From: Octopus bimaculoides
Taxonomy: Eukaryota
DNA length: 64,000 bases
NCBI RefSeq assembly: GCF_001194135.2
Contig: NC_069004.1
Span: 33,715,257 to 33,779,256, forward strand
Direction of reading: 5' to 3'
The notes under the pieces: model-generated
What the model was told of the DNA's origin: nothing
What the model saw: only the letters and a program-made list of their open reading frames with translations
Databases searched by the model: none
Position numbers and translations under genes: made by a program
In this document: piece by piece, positions 27,865-39,305 of the stretch
Numbering within the stretch: the stretch's first letter is position 1
Layout of the letters: each line of letters opens with the position of its first letter

Positions 27865-29035
27865 GATTTGACTCAGGTTCGTTCTTATTCCTGGTAGAAA
27901 ATATGTGGGTATCAGGTCGCCACCCGTAACCCTAGGTATCCACAAGCTTTCAATAGTCTTTCGAAGGCTTAAAAACTTCCTCATAATTTTTCCTGTCTCT
28001 TACAGGCAAACTTTNNNNNNNNNNNNNNNNNNNNNNNNNNNNNNNNNNNNNNNNNNNNNNNNNNNNNNNNNNNNNNNNNNNNNNNNNNNNNNNNNNNNNN
28101 NNNNNNNNNNNNNNNNNNNNNNNNNNNNNNNNNNNNNNNNNNNNNNNNNNNNNNNNNNNNNNNNNNNNNNNNNNNNNNNNNNNNNNNNNNNNNNNNNNNN
28201 NNNNNNNNNNNNNNNNNNNNNNNNNNNNNNNNNNNNNNNNNNNNNNNNNNNNNNNNNNNNNNNNNNNNNNNNNNNNNNNNNNNNNNNNNNNNNNNNNNNN
28301 NNNNNNNNNNNNNNNNNNNNNNNNNNNNNNNNNNNNNNNNNNNNNNNNNNNNNNNNNNNNNNNNNNNNNNNNNNNNNNNNNNNNNNNNNNNNNNNNNNNN
28401 NNNNNNNNNNNNNNNNNNNNNNNNNNNNNNNNNNNNNNNNNNNNNNNNNNNNNNNNNNNNNNNNNNNNNNNNNNNNNNNNNNNNNNNNNNNNNNNNNNNN
28501 NNNNNNNNNNNNNNNNNNNNNNNNNNNNNNNNNNNNNNNNNNNNNNNNNNNNNNNNNNNNNNNNNNNNNNNNNNNNNNNNNNNNNNNNNNNNNNNNNNNN
28601 NNNNNNNNNNNNNNNNNNNNNNNNNNNNNNNNNNNNNNNNNNNNNNNNNNNNNNNNNNNNNNNNNNNNNNNNNNNNNNNNNNNNNNNNNNNNNNNNNNNN
28701 NNNNNNNNNNNNNNNNNNNNNNNNNNNNNNNNNNNNNNNNNNNNNNNNNNNNNNNNNACCCAGGACTATTGTAGAAGAGATACTTGTCCAATGTGTTGAT
28801 GTGCAGTGGAATTGAACCCGAAACGTTGCGATTGCAAACGCAAACTCCCTAACAACACAGCCATGTCTGCTCCAGTGAGGGGAACAACTGCTCAATCCCA
28901 AACACATTTTCCAAAATTGGCACCTTTTCGATTATTGCTTTTTAAACTCTTTAGTAACTGGGACCAGTTGTTAAGTTTTCTACATAATGACGCCGTTGCT
29001 GAAACACGGAATTGATAAATATGGAATGCAATTAC

Positions 29036-29241
29036 GTAGGCGTAGGAGTGGCTGTGTGGTTAGTAGCTTGCTTACGAACCACATGGTTCCGGGTTCAGTC
29101 CGACTGCGTGGCACCTTGGGCAAGCGTCTCCTATTACAGTTTCGGGTCGACCAAAACCTTGTGAGTGGATTTGGTAGACGGAAACTGAAAGAAGCCCGTC
29201 GTATATATGTATATATATGTATGTATGCATGTATGTATGTA

Positions 29242-29285
<44 letters not shown>

Positions 29286-29485
29286 TGTCTGTGTTTGTCC
29301 CCCACCAACATCGCTTGACAAACGATGCTGGTGTGTTTTACGTCCCCGTAACTTAGCGGTTCGGCAAAAGACACTGATAGAATAAGTACTAGGCTTACAA
29401 AGAATAAGTCCTTGGGTTGATTTGCTCGACTAAAGGCGGTGCTCCAGCATTGCCGCAGTCAAATGACTAAAACAAGTAAAAGAGT
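29036..29485 (+). mobile_element. SINE family A, full-length reference copy
   Basis: tRNA-like head (GTGGCTGTGTGGTTAGTAGC...GGGTTCAGTCC), central (TG)n, tail ending GCAGTCAAATGACTAAAACAAGTAAAAGA. Confidence 0.9.
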
Positions 29486-30082
29486 AGAGCTAATGAAATA
29501 TTTGNNNNNNNNNNNNNNNNNNNNNNNNNNNNNNNNNNNNNNNNNNNNNNNNNNNNNNNNNNNNNNNNNNNNNNNNNNNNNNNNNNNNNNNNNNNNNNNN
29601 NNNNNNNNNNNNNNNNNNNNNNNNNNNNNNNNNNNNNNNNNNNNNNNNNNNNNNNNNNNNNNNNNNNNNNNNNNNNNNNNNNNNNNNNNNNNNNNNNNNN
29701 NNNNNNNNNNNNNNNNNNNNNNNNNNNNNNNNNNNNNNNNNNNNNNNNNNNNNNNNNNNNNNNNNNNNNNNNNNNNNNNNNNNNNNNNNNNNNNNNNNNN
29801 NNNNNNNNNNNNNNNNNNNNNNNNNNNNNNNNNNNNNNNNNNNNNNNNNNNNNNNNNNNNNNNNNNNNNNNNNNNNNNNNNNNNNNNNNNNNNNNNNNNN
29901 NNNNNNNNNNNNNNNTGTCTCTTTTAGAGATTACGAAATGAAAGAACACAGGAAATGCTATAGTTAAATAGCTAATTATTTTCAGAAAATTCAAGTCATT
30001 GTTTCAAAGGTGTGGACAGAATTTCTTGGTCTTCTCCACATTTTGTGCTACTTTTCTTTTTTGGTCCATATACTGCGGAAAG

Positions 30083-30141
30083 AAGAATGGAATAGAAGAA
30101 TGGAATAGAAGAATGGAATAGAAGAATGGAATAGAAGAATG
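30083..30141. repeat. 13-bp tandem repeat (GAAGAATGGAATA) x4.5
   Basis: Direct reading. Confidence 0.9.
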
Positions 30142-30554
30142 TAAATGGCAACAGAATAGAGATTAACATTTCACAATGTTTTTTTTACTTGTGTATGTTT
30201 TGTACGCCTAATTTCGTCTTAAATCTTGAAACAATTTTCCCCGTTCAAAGTGTTAGCTTTGATCTGTGTATAAATCGCAACATTCCAGTTAAAAAGATTT
30301 TGTTTTTCAGTTGTAATTAGATATAAAATTCTGTTGTGTCTGGCGAGAGTCATTTTCTTATTGTGCCTTAAATTTTAAGGCACAATAAGAAACAGAATAT
30401 GCTTCAACACACGAAATCACATAGAACATCTTGCAAACCAAATCCAAAAACGAAATAAATATAAAATACTATAAGTAAATGCGTTCTTTGTACCAATTGT
30501 CAATTACACACACACACACACACATACAACAACAGCAGCAACAACAACAAAAGC

Positions 30555-31087
30555 AAAACCCCCTTCGGTCACAAATAACCATGGGATTACACCTTGGATG
30601 TTCCCCTCCAAGGCACAATTTTGGGTATGGTTATTTGTGGAAGTTCCGCAGTCGCCCATGCATACCAGCCTCTCCTCTCCTCACCACCAATGTTATCCAC
30701 AGAGAAAGCAAAGGCCAAGATACATGGCAAATAAAGTGAGTTCACGGCTGTATCCTACACCAGTTTTGCATAACCAGCCCCAGCCCATCCAAAAGTACCT
30801 TGGATCGTAAGGTCACCTGGTGTGCTTGAGGAGACCTATCGAGTCAAGTACATCAACATCAAAATGAAAATCAAATGGAAATTGTAGTTGTGATACCCGT
30901 GCTGGTGGCACGTAAAAAGCAGCCACTACACTCACGGAGTGGTTGGCATTAGCAAGGGCATCCAGCTGTAGAAACACTGCCATATCAGACTGGAGCCTGG
31001 TGCAGCCTCCTGGATTCCCAGACCCAAGTTGAACCGTCCAACCCATGCTTGCATGGAAAACAAATGTAAAACGATGATGATGATGAT
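30555..31087 (+). mobile_element. Composite SINE-like family F with (GAT)n tail
   Basis: GGCATTAGCAAGGGCATCCAGCTGTAGAAAC domain and ATGATGATG tail match 61860-62253 (-); the 5' part matches 43961-44270. Confidence 0.7.
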
Positions 31088-31194
31088 ATATNNNNNNNNN
31101 NNNNNNNNNNNNNNNNNNNNNNNNNNNNNNNNNNNNNNNNNNNNNNNNNNNNNNNNNNNNNNNNNNNNNNNNNNNNNNNNNNNNNNNNNNNNNN

Positions 31195-31269
<75 letters not shown>

Positions 31270-31718
31270 TACATATATATATGTATACAGACGGATGTAA
31301 GCGGAAGAGTGTTTGTATCATTTAGCTGGGAGGGAGTACAATACCCAAGGCCTTTCTCAGGGCCTCCGGAAATGTTTGGAAGGTTGGAGAGAGGGAGAGC
31401 ACCACCAAACGGGATGTCTGGTCCGATTGCTTGCAGCAGAGGTGAGTGGACTCTACTAGGAGCCAAGGGGGTGGGAGTGGGTCTGTGTTAATTTGGTAGA
31501 TAGATTTAAGTGTGGCACCTGAGTGGGCCACAAGGTGAGCTGAATGAAAAGGAAGACGAAAAAGAAAAAGGGAGATGAAAAGAAGAAGGAGAAGGAGGAG
31601 AAGAAGAAGAAGAAGGAGAAGAAGAAGAAGAAGAAAAAAGAAGAAGAAAATGTCTTGGTAATGCTAGAAGGATAATGACATCGAGAATGATGATGATGAT
31701 GATGATGATGAGCTAGAC

Positions 31719-32040
31719 CAGTGGTTCCCAAATTTTTTCAGGCTGCCTCCCCCTTGGTTCTAAGGCAATATTCCAAGTGACCCCCACCACCACCACCATC
31801 ATTCACCATCATAGACATTGACCATTTGCTTCAGCAAATTTAAAGCAACACTATTTCACAAAAATTAACCTAATTAATCCTTCATTTTGTTCGTTATTTT
31901 AAAAATATTTTTACATCTTTTGCCCCGTTTTAGTCACGCCATTATCGTCTCATTTTTCTTCAACTCCCCGTCCCCCGCTGGATTTTTCCACCGCACCCAG
32001 TGGGGGGGGGGGCAGTACCGCCCTCTTCGGGGAACCACTG
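31719..32040. mobile_element. hAT (Charlie-like) MITE, 322 bp
   Basis: Perfect 11-bp TIRs CAGTGGTTCCC / GGGAACCACTG; 8-bp TSD AGCTAGAC / ATCTAGAC (1 mismatch). Confidence 0.85.
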
Positions 32041-32718
32041 ATCTAGACNNNNNNNNNNNNNNNNNNNNNNNNNNNNNNNNNNNNNNNNNNNNNNNNNNNN
32101 NNNNNNNNNNNNNNNNNNNNNNNNNNNNNNNNNNNNNNNNNNNNNNNNNNNNNNNNNNNNNNNNNNNNNNNNNNNNNNNNNNNNNNNNNNNNNNNNNNNN
32201 NNNNNNNNNNNNNNNNNNNNNNNNNNNNNNNNNNNNNNNNNNNNNNNNNNNNNNNNNNNNNNNNNNNNNNNNNNNNNNNNNNNNNNNNNNNNNNNNNNNN
32301 NNNNNNNNNNNNNNNNNNNNNNNNNNNNNNNNNNNNNNNNNNNNNNNNNNNNNNNNNNNNNNNNNNNNNNNNNNNNNNNNNNNNNNNNNNNNNNNNNNNN
32401 NNNNNNNNNNNNNNNNNNNNNNNNNNNNNNNNNNNNNNNNNNNNNNNNNNNNNNNNNNNNNNNNNNNNNNNNNNNNNNNNNNNNNNNNNNNNNNNNNNNN
32501 NNNNNNNNNNNNNNNNNNNNNNNNNNNNNNNNNNNNNNNNNNNNNNNNNNNNNNNNNNNNNNNNNNNNNNNNNNNNNNNNNNNNNNNNNNNNNNNNNNNN
32601 NNNNNNNNNNNNNNNNNNNNNNNNNNNNNNNNNNNNNNNNNNNNNNNNNNNNNNNNNNNNNNNNNNNNNNNNNNNNNNNNNNNNNNNNNNNNNNNNNNNN
32701 NNNNNNNNNNNNNNNNNN

Positions 32719-32754
<36 letters not shown>

Positions 32755-32804
32755 CATACATACATATATATATACATACATATGTATGTATATATATGTA
32801 TATA

Positions 32805-32844
<40 letters not shown>

Positions 32845-32899
32845 TACATACATACATACACACACACATGCACATATATATATTCTTATATATATTGTG

Positions 32900-33160
32900 A
32901 AATTAGCATGCAAGTGGCTGAGTACTCCACAGACACGATGCATTCTCTTAACATAGTTCTCAGGGAGATTGAGCATGACACGGAAAGTGACAAGGCTGGA
33001 CCCTTTGAAATACATGTACAACTCGTTTTTACCAGCTGAGTGAATTGGGGCAACGTGAAATAAAAGGGTTTTGCTCAAGGACACGATTAGCCAGGAATTG
33101 AACCCACGACTTTATGATCGCAAGTCGAATGCTCTAACCACAAAGCCACACGCCTTCACT
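32900..33160 (-). mobile_element. SINE family D
   Basis: Homology to 655-957. Confidence 0.8.
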
Positions 33161-33289
33161 GATAGAATAAATACCAGACTTAAAATAAGGGTTAGGGTTT
33201 AGGGTTTGGGGTTAGGGTTGATTCATTCGACTAAACCTTTAAACAAGCAAAAGGTGTGTGTTTGTGTGTGTGTGTGTGTGTGTGTTGAA

Positions 33290-33478
33290 ATTTTATGGGG
33301 GAGAGGAACAGTGGATTACATCGACCCCAGTGATTCAGTGGTATTTAATTTATCGACCCTGAAAGGATGAAAGGCAAAATCGATTTCAACGGAATTAGAA
33401 CTCAGAACATAAAGACGAACGAAAAGCTGCTCAGCATTTTGTCCGGTGTGCCAACGATTCTGCGAGCTCGCTGCCTTG
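33290..33478 (-). mobile_element. SINE family B
   Basis: Homology to 1808-2031. Confidence 0.8.
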
Positions 33479-34218
33479 GAATATCGGAATATTAAATATA
33501 TGAAAATATTTGTATATTGGAATAATAGCAGAATATCAGGAGATAAGAATGTTCAAAAAATCTTGGAATGTCCGAAATAAGGGATGCACTGACCTGTGGA
33601 ACGTTGTGTCCTTGAGGATTTTGGGTTAATCGACCGAAACATGGCAAAAAGAAACACATGGCATCGATTTGATTCTGATCACTTGTTCCTGAAAAGATTG
33701 TCTGAAAACGAAGATACAGATTTAGAAAGGGCGGAGTAGAAGAGGGATAGTGTGAGGATGGGGAGAGTTGTTTAGAGGGAATGAAGGGGGGGGGGAAGGA
33801 GGGGGAAGATGGAAAGAAGATGTGTGGAGAGAAAGATCGAGATTCATGCAAGACAATCTTTCGCTAAAAGTCTGTGACGACATGAGCGAATGTGTGACGC
33901 TGTGTCTGTCTGCTCGGCGGGGCTGAACGGTCAAATACACACTTGCACACACACACCCACTCACAATTGACCGATACCGAAACATTACCATATTAACTAC
34001 ATTTTATTATAGACACACCACCGATAGTCTAGAACCTCTTATAATCCGTACTAATCTACTCTAATGCACTGATACCCGTAGTTCATTAAATTATTTTAAG
34101 TGAATTTAATTTTTGTTTAATTTAGAGAGTGTCAACTGAGGTGACCTTCCCTTGTTCGGAAAAATGTGGGCATCTCATGGACTTCACAAGAATATGTAAA
34201 AGTGACATTTGAGATACT

Positions 34219-34365
34219 TTATTTACATTATTTACATTTGACAAATATTTGTCCTCATCTTGTTTGTTGTTAACACAATGTTTCGGCTGATATACCCTCC
34301 AGCCTTCATCAGGTGTCTTGGGGGAAATTTCAAACCTGGGTTCTCATTCCTAAGGTATATTTCGA

Positions 34366-34409
<44 letters not shown>

Positions 34410-34440
34410 TCACTGCCTGGAATCGAACTCGGATTCTTGA
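34219..34440 (-). mobile_element. Short element with tRNA-type B box, (TAA)n spacer and hammerhead-bearing 3' part (candidate Penelope-tailed SINE)
   Basis: Minus strand: GAGTTCGATTCC B box (34430-34419), (AAT)n at about 34368-34405, hammerhead, then a 3' end with TGTAAATAA twice. Confidence 0.55.
34272..34317 (-). ncRNA. Minimal type I hammerhead ribozyme motif (Penelope-type), this copy probably decayed
   Basis: Minus strand reads GACAC-CUGAUGA-A-GGCUG-gagggUAUAU-CAGCC-GAAA-C-A-U-U-GUGUU. Stem I GACAC/GUGUU, core CUGAUGA and GAAA, 5-6 bp stem II, stem III ACAU (one CpG-type change from palindromic ACGU). Confidence 0.7.
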
Positions 34441-34544
34441 GTGAAGGAGGTTAAGAGCACGGGATATTAAAAAAGGTTGAGAACCATTGATCTAAGGTGT
34501 GTTTTAAACACCAGCTGGAAATCTATACCTGGCAAGAACTGGAA

Positions 34545-34866
34545 ACTGGCACTCCGTCGGTTACAATGATGAGTGGTCCAGTTGATCCAACGGAACAGCC
34601 TGCTCGTGAAATTAATGTGTAAGTGGTTGAGTACTCCACAGACACGTGTACCCGTAACACAGTTCTCAGAGAGATTCAGCATGACACAGAATGTGAAAAG
34701 ATCAGTCTTTGAAATACAGGTACTACTCATTTTTTACCAGCTGAACGAACTGGAGAAATGTGAAGTAAAGTGTCTTGCTGAAGGACACAATACGTCATCG
34801 CGAATCGAACTCACGACCTTGCAATCGTGAGCCGCATACCCTAACCACTAAGCCACATGCCTTCAT
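34545..34866 (-). mobile_element. SINE family D
   Basis: Homology to 655-957; head GGCATGTGGCTTAGTGGTTAGGG on minus. Confidence 0.85.
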
Positions 34867-35471
34867 GGAGCTCTGGAAAAGATTGGCTGGCTCAGTATGA
34901 AAGCTCGCTTCAATGCCATCCGTTTTGGGTGCTTTTAGGCTTTGGAATCGATTCCTTCATGGAGAATAAGGCCTTGATAATAAATGTTCCCAGCACGAAC
35001 TGAAAAAAAGATTCCATGGCGTCTTCTGTTTCGCTTGGTAGGTCTGTCATTACAGGTGGGTCCCTATAGATTCAGAGATGGGTGCAATAGTAAAGATTTA
35101 CCCAAAGTACCAGTAATAGTTGAGGGGATAGGTAGTGACCATGTGGTAGACTGGGTGGGCTGGAGGTAGCGGTGGGAAGTATTGTACCCTCTGTCGTTTT
35201 TACATCATGTAAATGCTGGGATTAGCTTAGGGTTGAGGAGTAGCTTAGGGGCTGGATTGGGGTCGAAGTGTGAGACAGACTTAATCATACATGCAAGCAC
35301 GCGCACACGGAAACACACACACACACTCACAAATATACGTGTGTGTGTGTGTGTATGTTATATACATACAGATGGATATGTGTAGACAGATACATTAGAT
35401 AGATAGACAGACAGACAACAGACAGATAGATAGTTTGAGAAAGATAGACAGACAGACAGATAGATAGACAG

Positions 35472-35504
<33 letters not shown>

Positions 35505-35683
35505 TAGATAGATAGATAAATAGATAGATAGTTAGATAGATAGAGAGAGAGATAGACAGACAAACAGATAGATAGATAGATAAACAGTCAGTCAGACAGA
35601 CAGGCAGGCAGACAAACAGACAGACATAGATAAATAAACACCGATCGTGTGTGTTTATGTGTATGTTTAACTATATGTGCCTT

Positions 35684-35715
<32 letters not shown>

Positions 35716-35728
35716 GGGAGAAGAGAGT

Positions 35729-35779
<51 letters not shown>

Positions 35780-37429
35780 GGTATTTGCAACAGTAAGATG
35801 GTGATACAATAATATATCGTAAAATAAAAACAAGGGGACGGAAAATGAAAAGTGTAAAACTTTTTTAACTCACTTGTTTATCGAGATTGCCCAGACTCCT
35901 CCCGCCAAATATATTTCTATATCTATATATACATATACATACGCATATATATATGTGTACGTGTGTTTTTGGTACGTTCAAGTGTATAATTTTAAAGAAA
36001 TCTATATAATATGTACATATAAATTAATGCAGTCTTTTGACCATGTACCCCCAAATATTCTTCGCTTTAGTGGTCTTTGATGGTCTTCCTTGTCAGACTT
36101 TCTGGCAGCAGAACCAAAATTTTAGTTCAAACCAACCAATACACGCGCGCGAAACCGTTTTGTCTGCCTTCACAAACGCCTCCGATGTTTCTCGGCTTTT
36201 GCTTTTTGTTTTTAAATTGTAGTTTTTTTTTTGGTCTTATTTTGTTTTTCTCATAAAATCATGCAACTCCACACTTACGTACGCACACACACACACACAC
36301 ACATACATATACACATACATACACACATATACATGCACACACATACGCACATACATAAACACACACACCCATGATTGTATGCGTACACGCACACACATAC
36401 AGTTTATATATATANNNNNNNNNNNNNNNNNNNNNNNNNNNNNNNNNNNNNNNNNNNNNNNNNNNNNNNNNNNNNNNNNNNNNNNNNNNNNNNNNNNNNN
36501 NNNNNNNNNNNNNNNNNNNNNNNNNNNNNNNNNNNNNNNNNNNNNNNNNNNNNNNNNNNNNNNNNNNNNNNNNNNNNNNNNNNNNNNNNNNNNNNNNNNN
36601 NNNNNNNNNNNNNNNNNNNNNNNNNNNNNNNNNNNNNNNNNNNNNNNNNNNNNNNNNNNNNNNNNNNNNNNNNNNNNNNNNNNNNNNNNNNNNNNNNNNN
36701 NNNNNNNNNNNNNNNNNNNNNNNNNNNNNNNNNNNNNNNNNNNNNNNNNNNNNNNNNNNNNNNNNNNNNNNNNNNNNNNNNNNNNNNNNNNNNNNNNNNN
36801 NNNNNNNNNNNNNNNNNNNNNNNNNNNNNNNNNNNNNNNNNNNNNNNNNNNNNNNNNNNNNNNNNNNNNNNNNNNNNNNNNNNNNNNNNNNNNNNNNNNN
36901 NNNNNNNNNNNNNNNNNNNNNNNNNNNNNNNNNNNNNNNNNNNNNNNNNNNNNNNNNNNNNNNNNNNNNNNNNNNNNNNNNNNNNNNNNNNNNNNNNNNN
37001 NNNNNNNNNNNNNNNNNNNNNNNNNNNNNNNNNNNNNNNNNNNNNNNNNNNNNNNNNNNNNNNNNNNNNNNNNNNNNNNNNNNNNNNNNNNNNNNNNNNN
37101 NNNNNNNNNNNNNNNNNNNNNNNNNNNNNNNNNNNNNNNNNNNNNNNNNNNNNNNNNNNNNNNNNNNNNNNNNNNNNNNNNNNNNNNNNNNNNNNNNNNN
37201 NNNNNNNNNNNNNNNNNNNNNNNNNNNNNNNNNNNNNNNNNNNNNNNNNNNNNNNNNNNNNNNNNNNNNNNNNNNNNNNNNNNNNNNNNNNNNNNNNNNN
37301 NNNNNNNNNNNNNNNNNNNNNNNNNNNNNNNNNNNNNNNNNNNNNNNNNNNNNNNNNNNNNNNNNNNNNNNNNNNNNNNNNNNNNNNNNNNNATATATAT
37401 ATATATATATATACATACATTCTTTTATT

Positions 37430-37720
37430 TGTTTTAGTCATTTGACTGAGGCCATGCTTATTCTATTGGTCTCTTACGCCGAACCGCTAAATTACGGGGA
37501 CGTAAGCACACCAACATCGGTTGTCAAGCGATGGTGGGGGCAAACACAGACATAGAAACATACACACACACATATACGACGGCCTTCTTTCAGTTTCCGT
37601 CTACTAAATCCACTCACAAGGCTTTGGTTGGTCTGAGACTATAGTAGAAGACACTTTTACAAGGTGCCATGCAGTGGGACTGAACCCGGAACCATGCGGC
37701 TGGTAAGCAAGCTACTTACC
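37430..37720 (-). mobile_element. SINE family A
   Basis: Reverse-complement homology to 29036-29485. Confidence 0.8.
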
Positions 37721-38059
37721 ACAGACACACACACAAAACCGATAGCTGATACTTTGTTTTATCGACTCCAGTAGGATGTAAAAAACAAAGATGACTCCCA
37801 TAGTACTTCCACCATTCCACACACCTGTTGTTAAAACATAACGAGGCTGTATTCATTTACCATTCCTGTTAATCAAACCAAAACAACGTGAACTTCGTCG
37901 GCCGGTGAGGTCCTTCGATTCAATAACACAGTAACAGATTCCTAGAGTAGGATTTGCAGTCCTTCCCTCCCCAGGGACCACAATCGATCCTTTAATACGC
38001 TCGCTTTTTATTTAAATAGTTTTAAAGCTTGTAACCAGTTCTGGGCATTCGTACACAAC

Positions 38060-38580
38060 TGTCCTCTCCCCATCGACTTTGTTTCCTCATAACTTACAGA
38101 AAAAAGGGTATTTTTAAAAGAAATTTTCTACATATACGCTGCAGATAGTGTAGATTCCGAATTTATTGGAATTTGCGGTGAAAAATGTTTTCCGGGGTGG
38201 GATGAGGAGTTTCGGAAAATTCACAACACGTGTTGGCTTTTTCCTCATAACTTTCAGGAAAATAGGTAATTTTTTAAAAATGAAATTGTCTACAAATATC
38301 TTTCAGAGTGTATAGATTACGATTACATTGGAACATGATATGAAAGAAAAATTGGTTGGCTCAGGTCAGTTAATAATTACAAAACGAAACTTAGAATTTT
38401 GAAAACAAAATGTGTTGTATCAGTATGTATGTGTGTGAGTGCTCACCATTTTTTGTTTTTTATATTAAATTCCGATATAACCGTAATCTGCACCATCTGA
38501 AACTTATTTGTAGAAAATTTCATTTACAAATATTTATTTTGCTGGAAGTTACGAGGAAACAAAGTCGGTGGGCACTCATG
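38060..38580. mobile_element. Foldback DNA element with repeated subunits
   Basis: CGACTTTGTTTCCTCATAACTT (38074-38095) is inverted at 38546-38567 (21/22); second direct subunit near 38237-38335. Confidence 0.7.
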
Positions 38581-39091
38581 TAGGTGTACCCATTTTGCCC
38601 CATCTTCCGTCATTTCCTTCAGCCAGTTTTCACTTCCAAAACACCCGTCTTCCCCATATATAATGAGCTCTAATTCTTAATTAAATACATTCGTCCCTTC
38701 CACAAAACACTGACACTTTACAAATATTCTCCTGCCGCCGTCTGCTCCTGGTTTTGTTATATTTCCTTCTTCTGTTTTGGTCACAGAACAAGGTGGAGAT
38801 AGAGGTGGGGGAGAGAAGGAGAGAGAGAGAGAGAGACAAACGAAAAGACAATCGTTGAGCACGACAAAGAAAGATAGAAAGAGAAAGAGAGAACGGAAGT
38901 GAGACAAAGACAGCAAAAAAGAGAAAGACAGAGAGCAAGTAAGAAAGAGAGACAGCGTATGTGAAAGAGAGATATAGCAAGAACAAGAGAGAGAGAGAGA
39001 GAATAAGAGCGAAAGAGAGGAGACAGATAAATAAGGAAAGATAACGAGAAAGAAAGAAAGACAAATAGACAATCACAGAGAAAAGGAAAGC

Positions 39092-39305
39092 GAGAAAGAG
39101 ACAGAAAGAGAGATAAAGACATCGAGAAAAAGAGTGAGGAAAAAAGAGAGAACGAGACAGAAAGAGAGATACAGACATCGAGAAAAAGAGTGAGGAAAAA
39201 AGAGAGAAAGAGACAGAAAGAGAGATACAGACATCAAGAAAAAGAGCGAGGAAAAAAAAGAGAGACAGACAGACACTGAGAAAAAGAGTGAGGAAAAAAA
39301 GAGAG
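39092..39305. repeat. 56-bp purine-rich minisatellite, 3 copies plus a partial
   Basis: Units start at 39092, 39148, 39204. Confidence 0.85.

Noticed and set aside
33580-33660. Possible degenerate hammerhead (TTGAGGA...CGAAACATG)
   Set aside because: First core box is imperfect, there is no U at the cleavage triplet and no stem I.
39092-39305. CRISPR-like array (also the 66-bp units at 62024)
   Set aside because: Contiguous tandem units without unique spacers, in eukaryotic DNA, with no cas genes.
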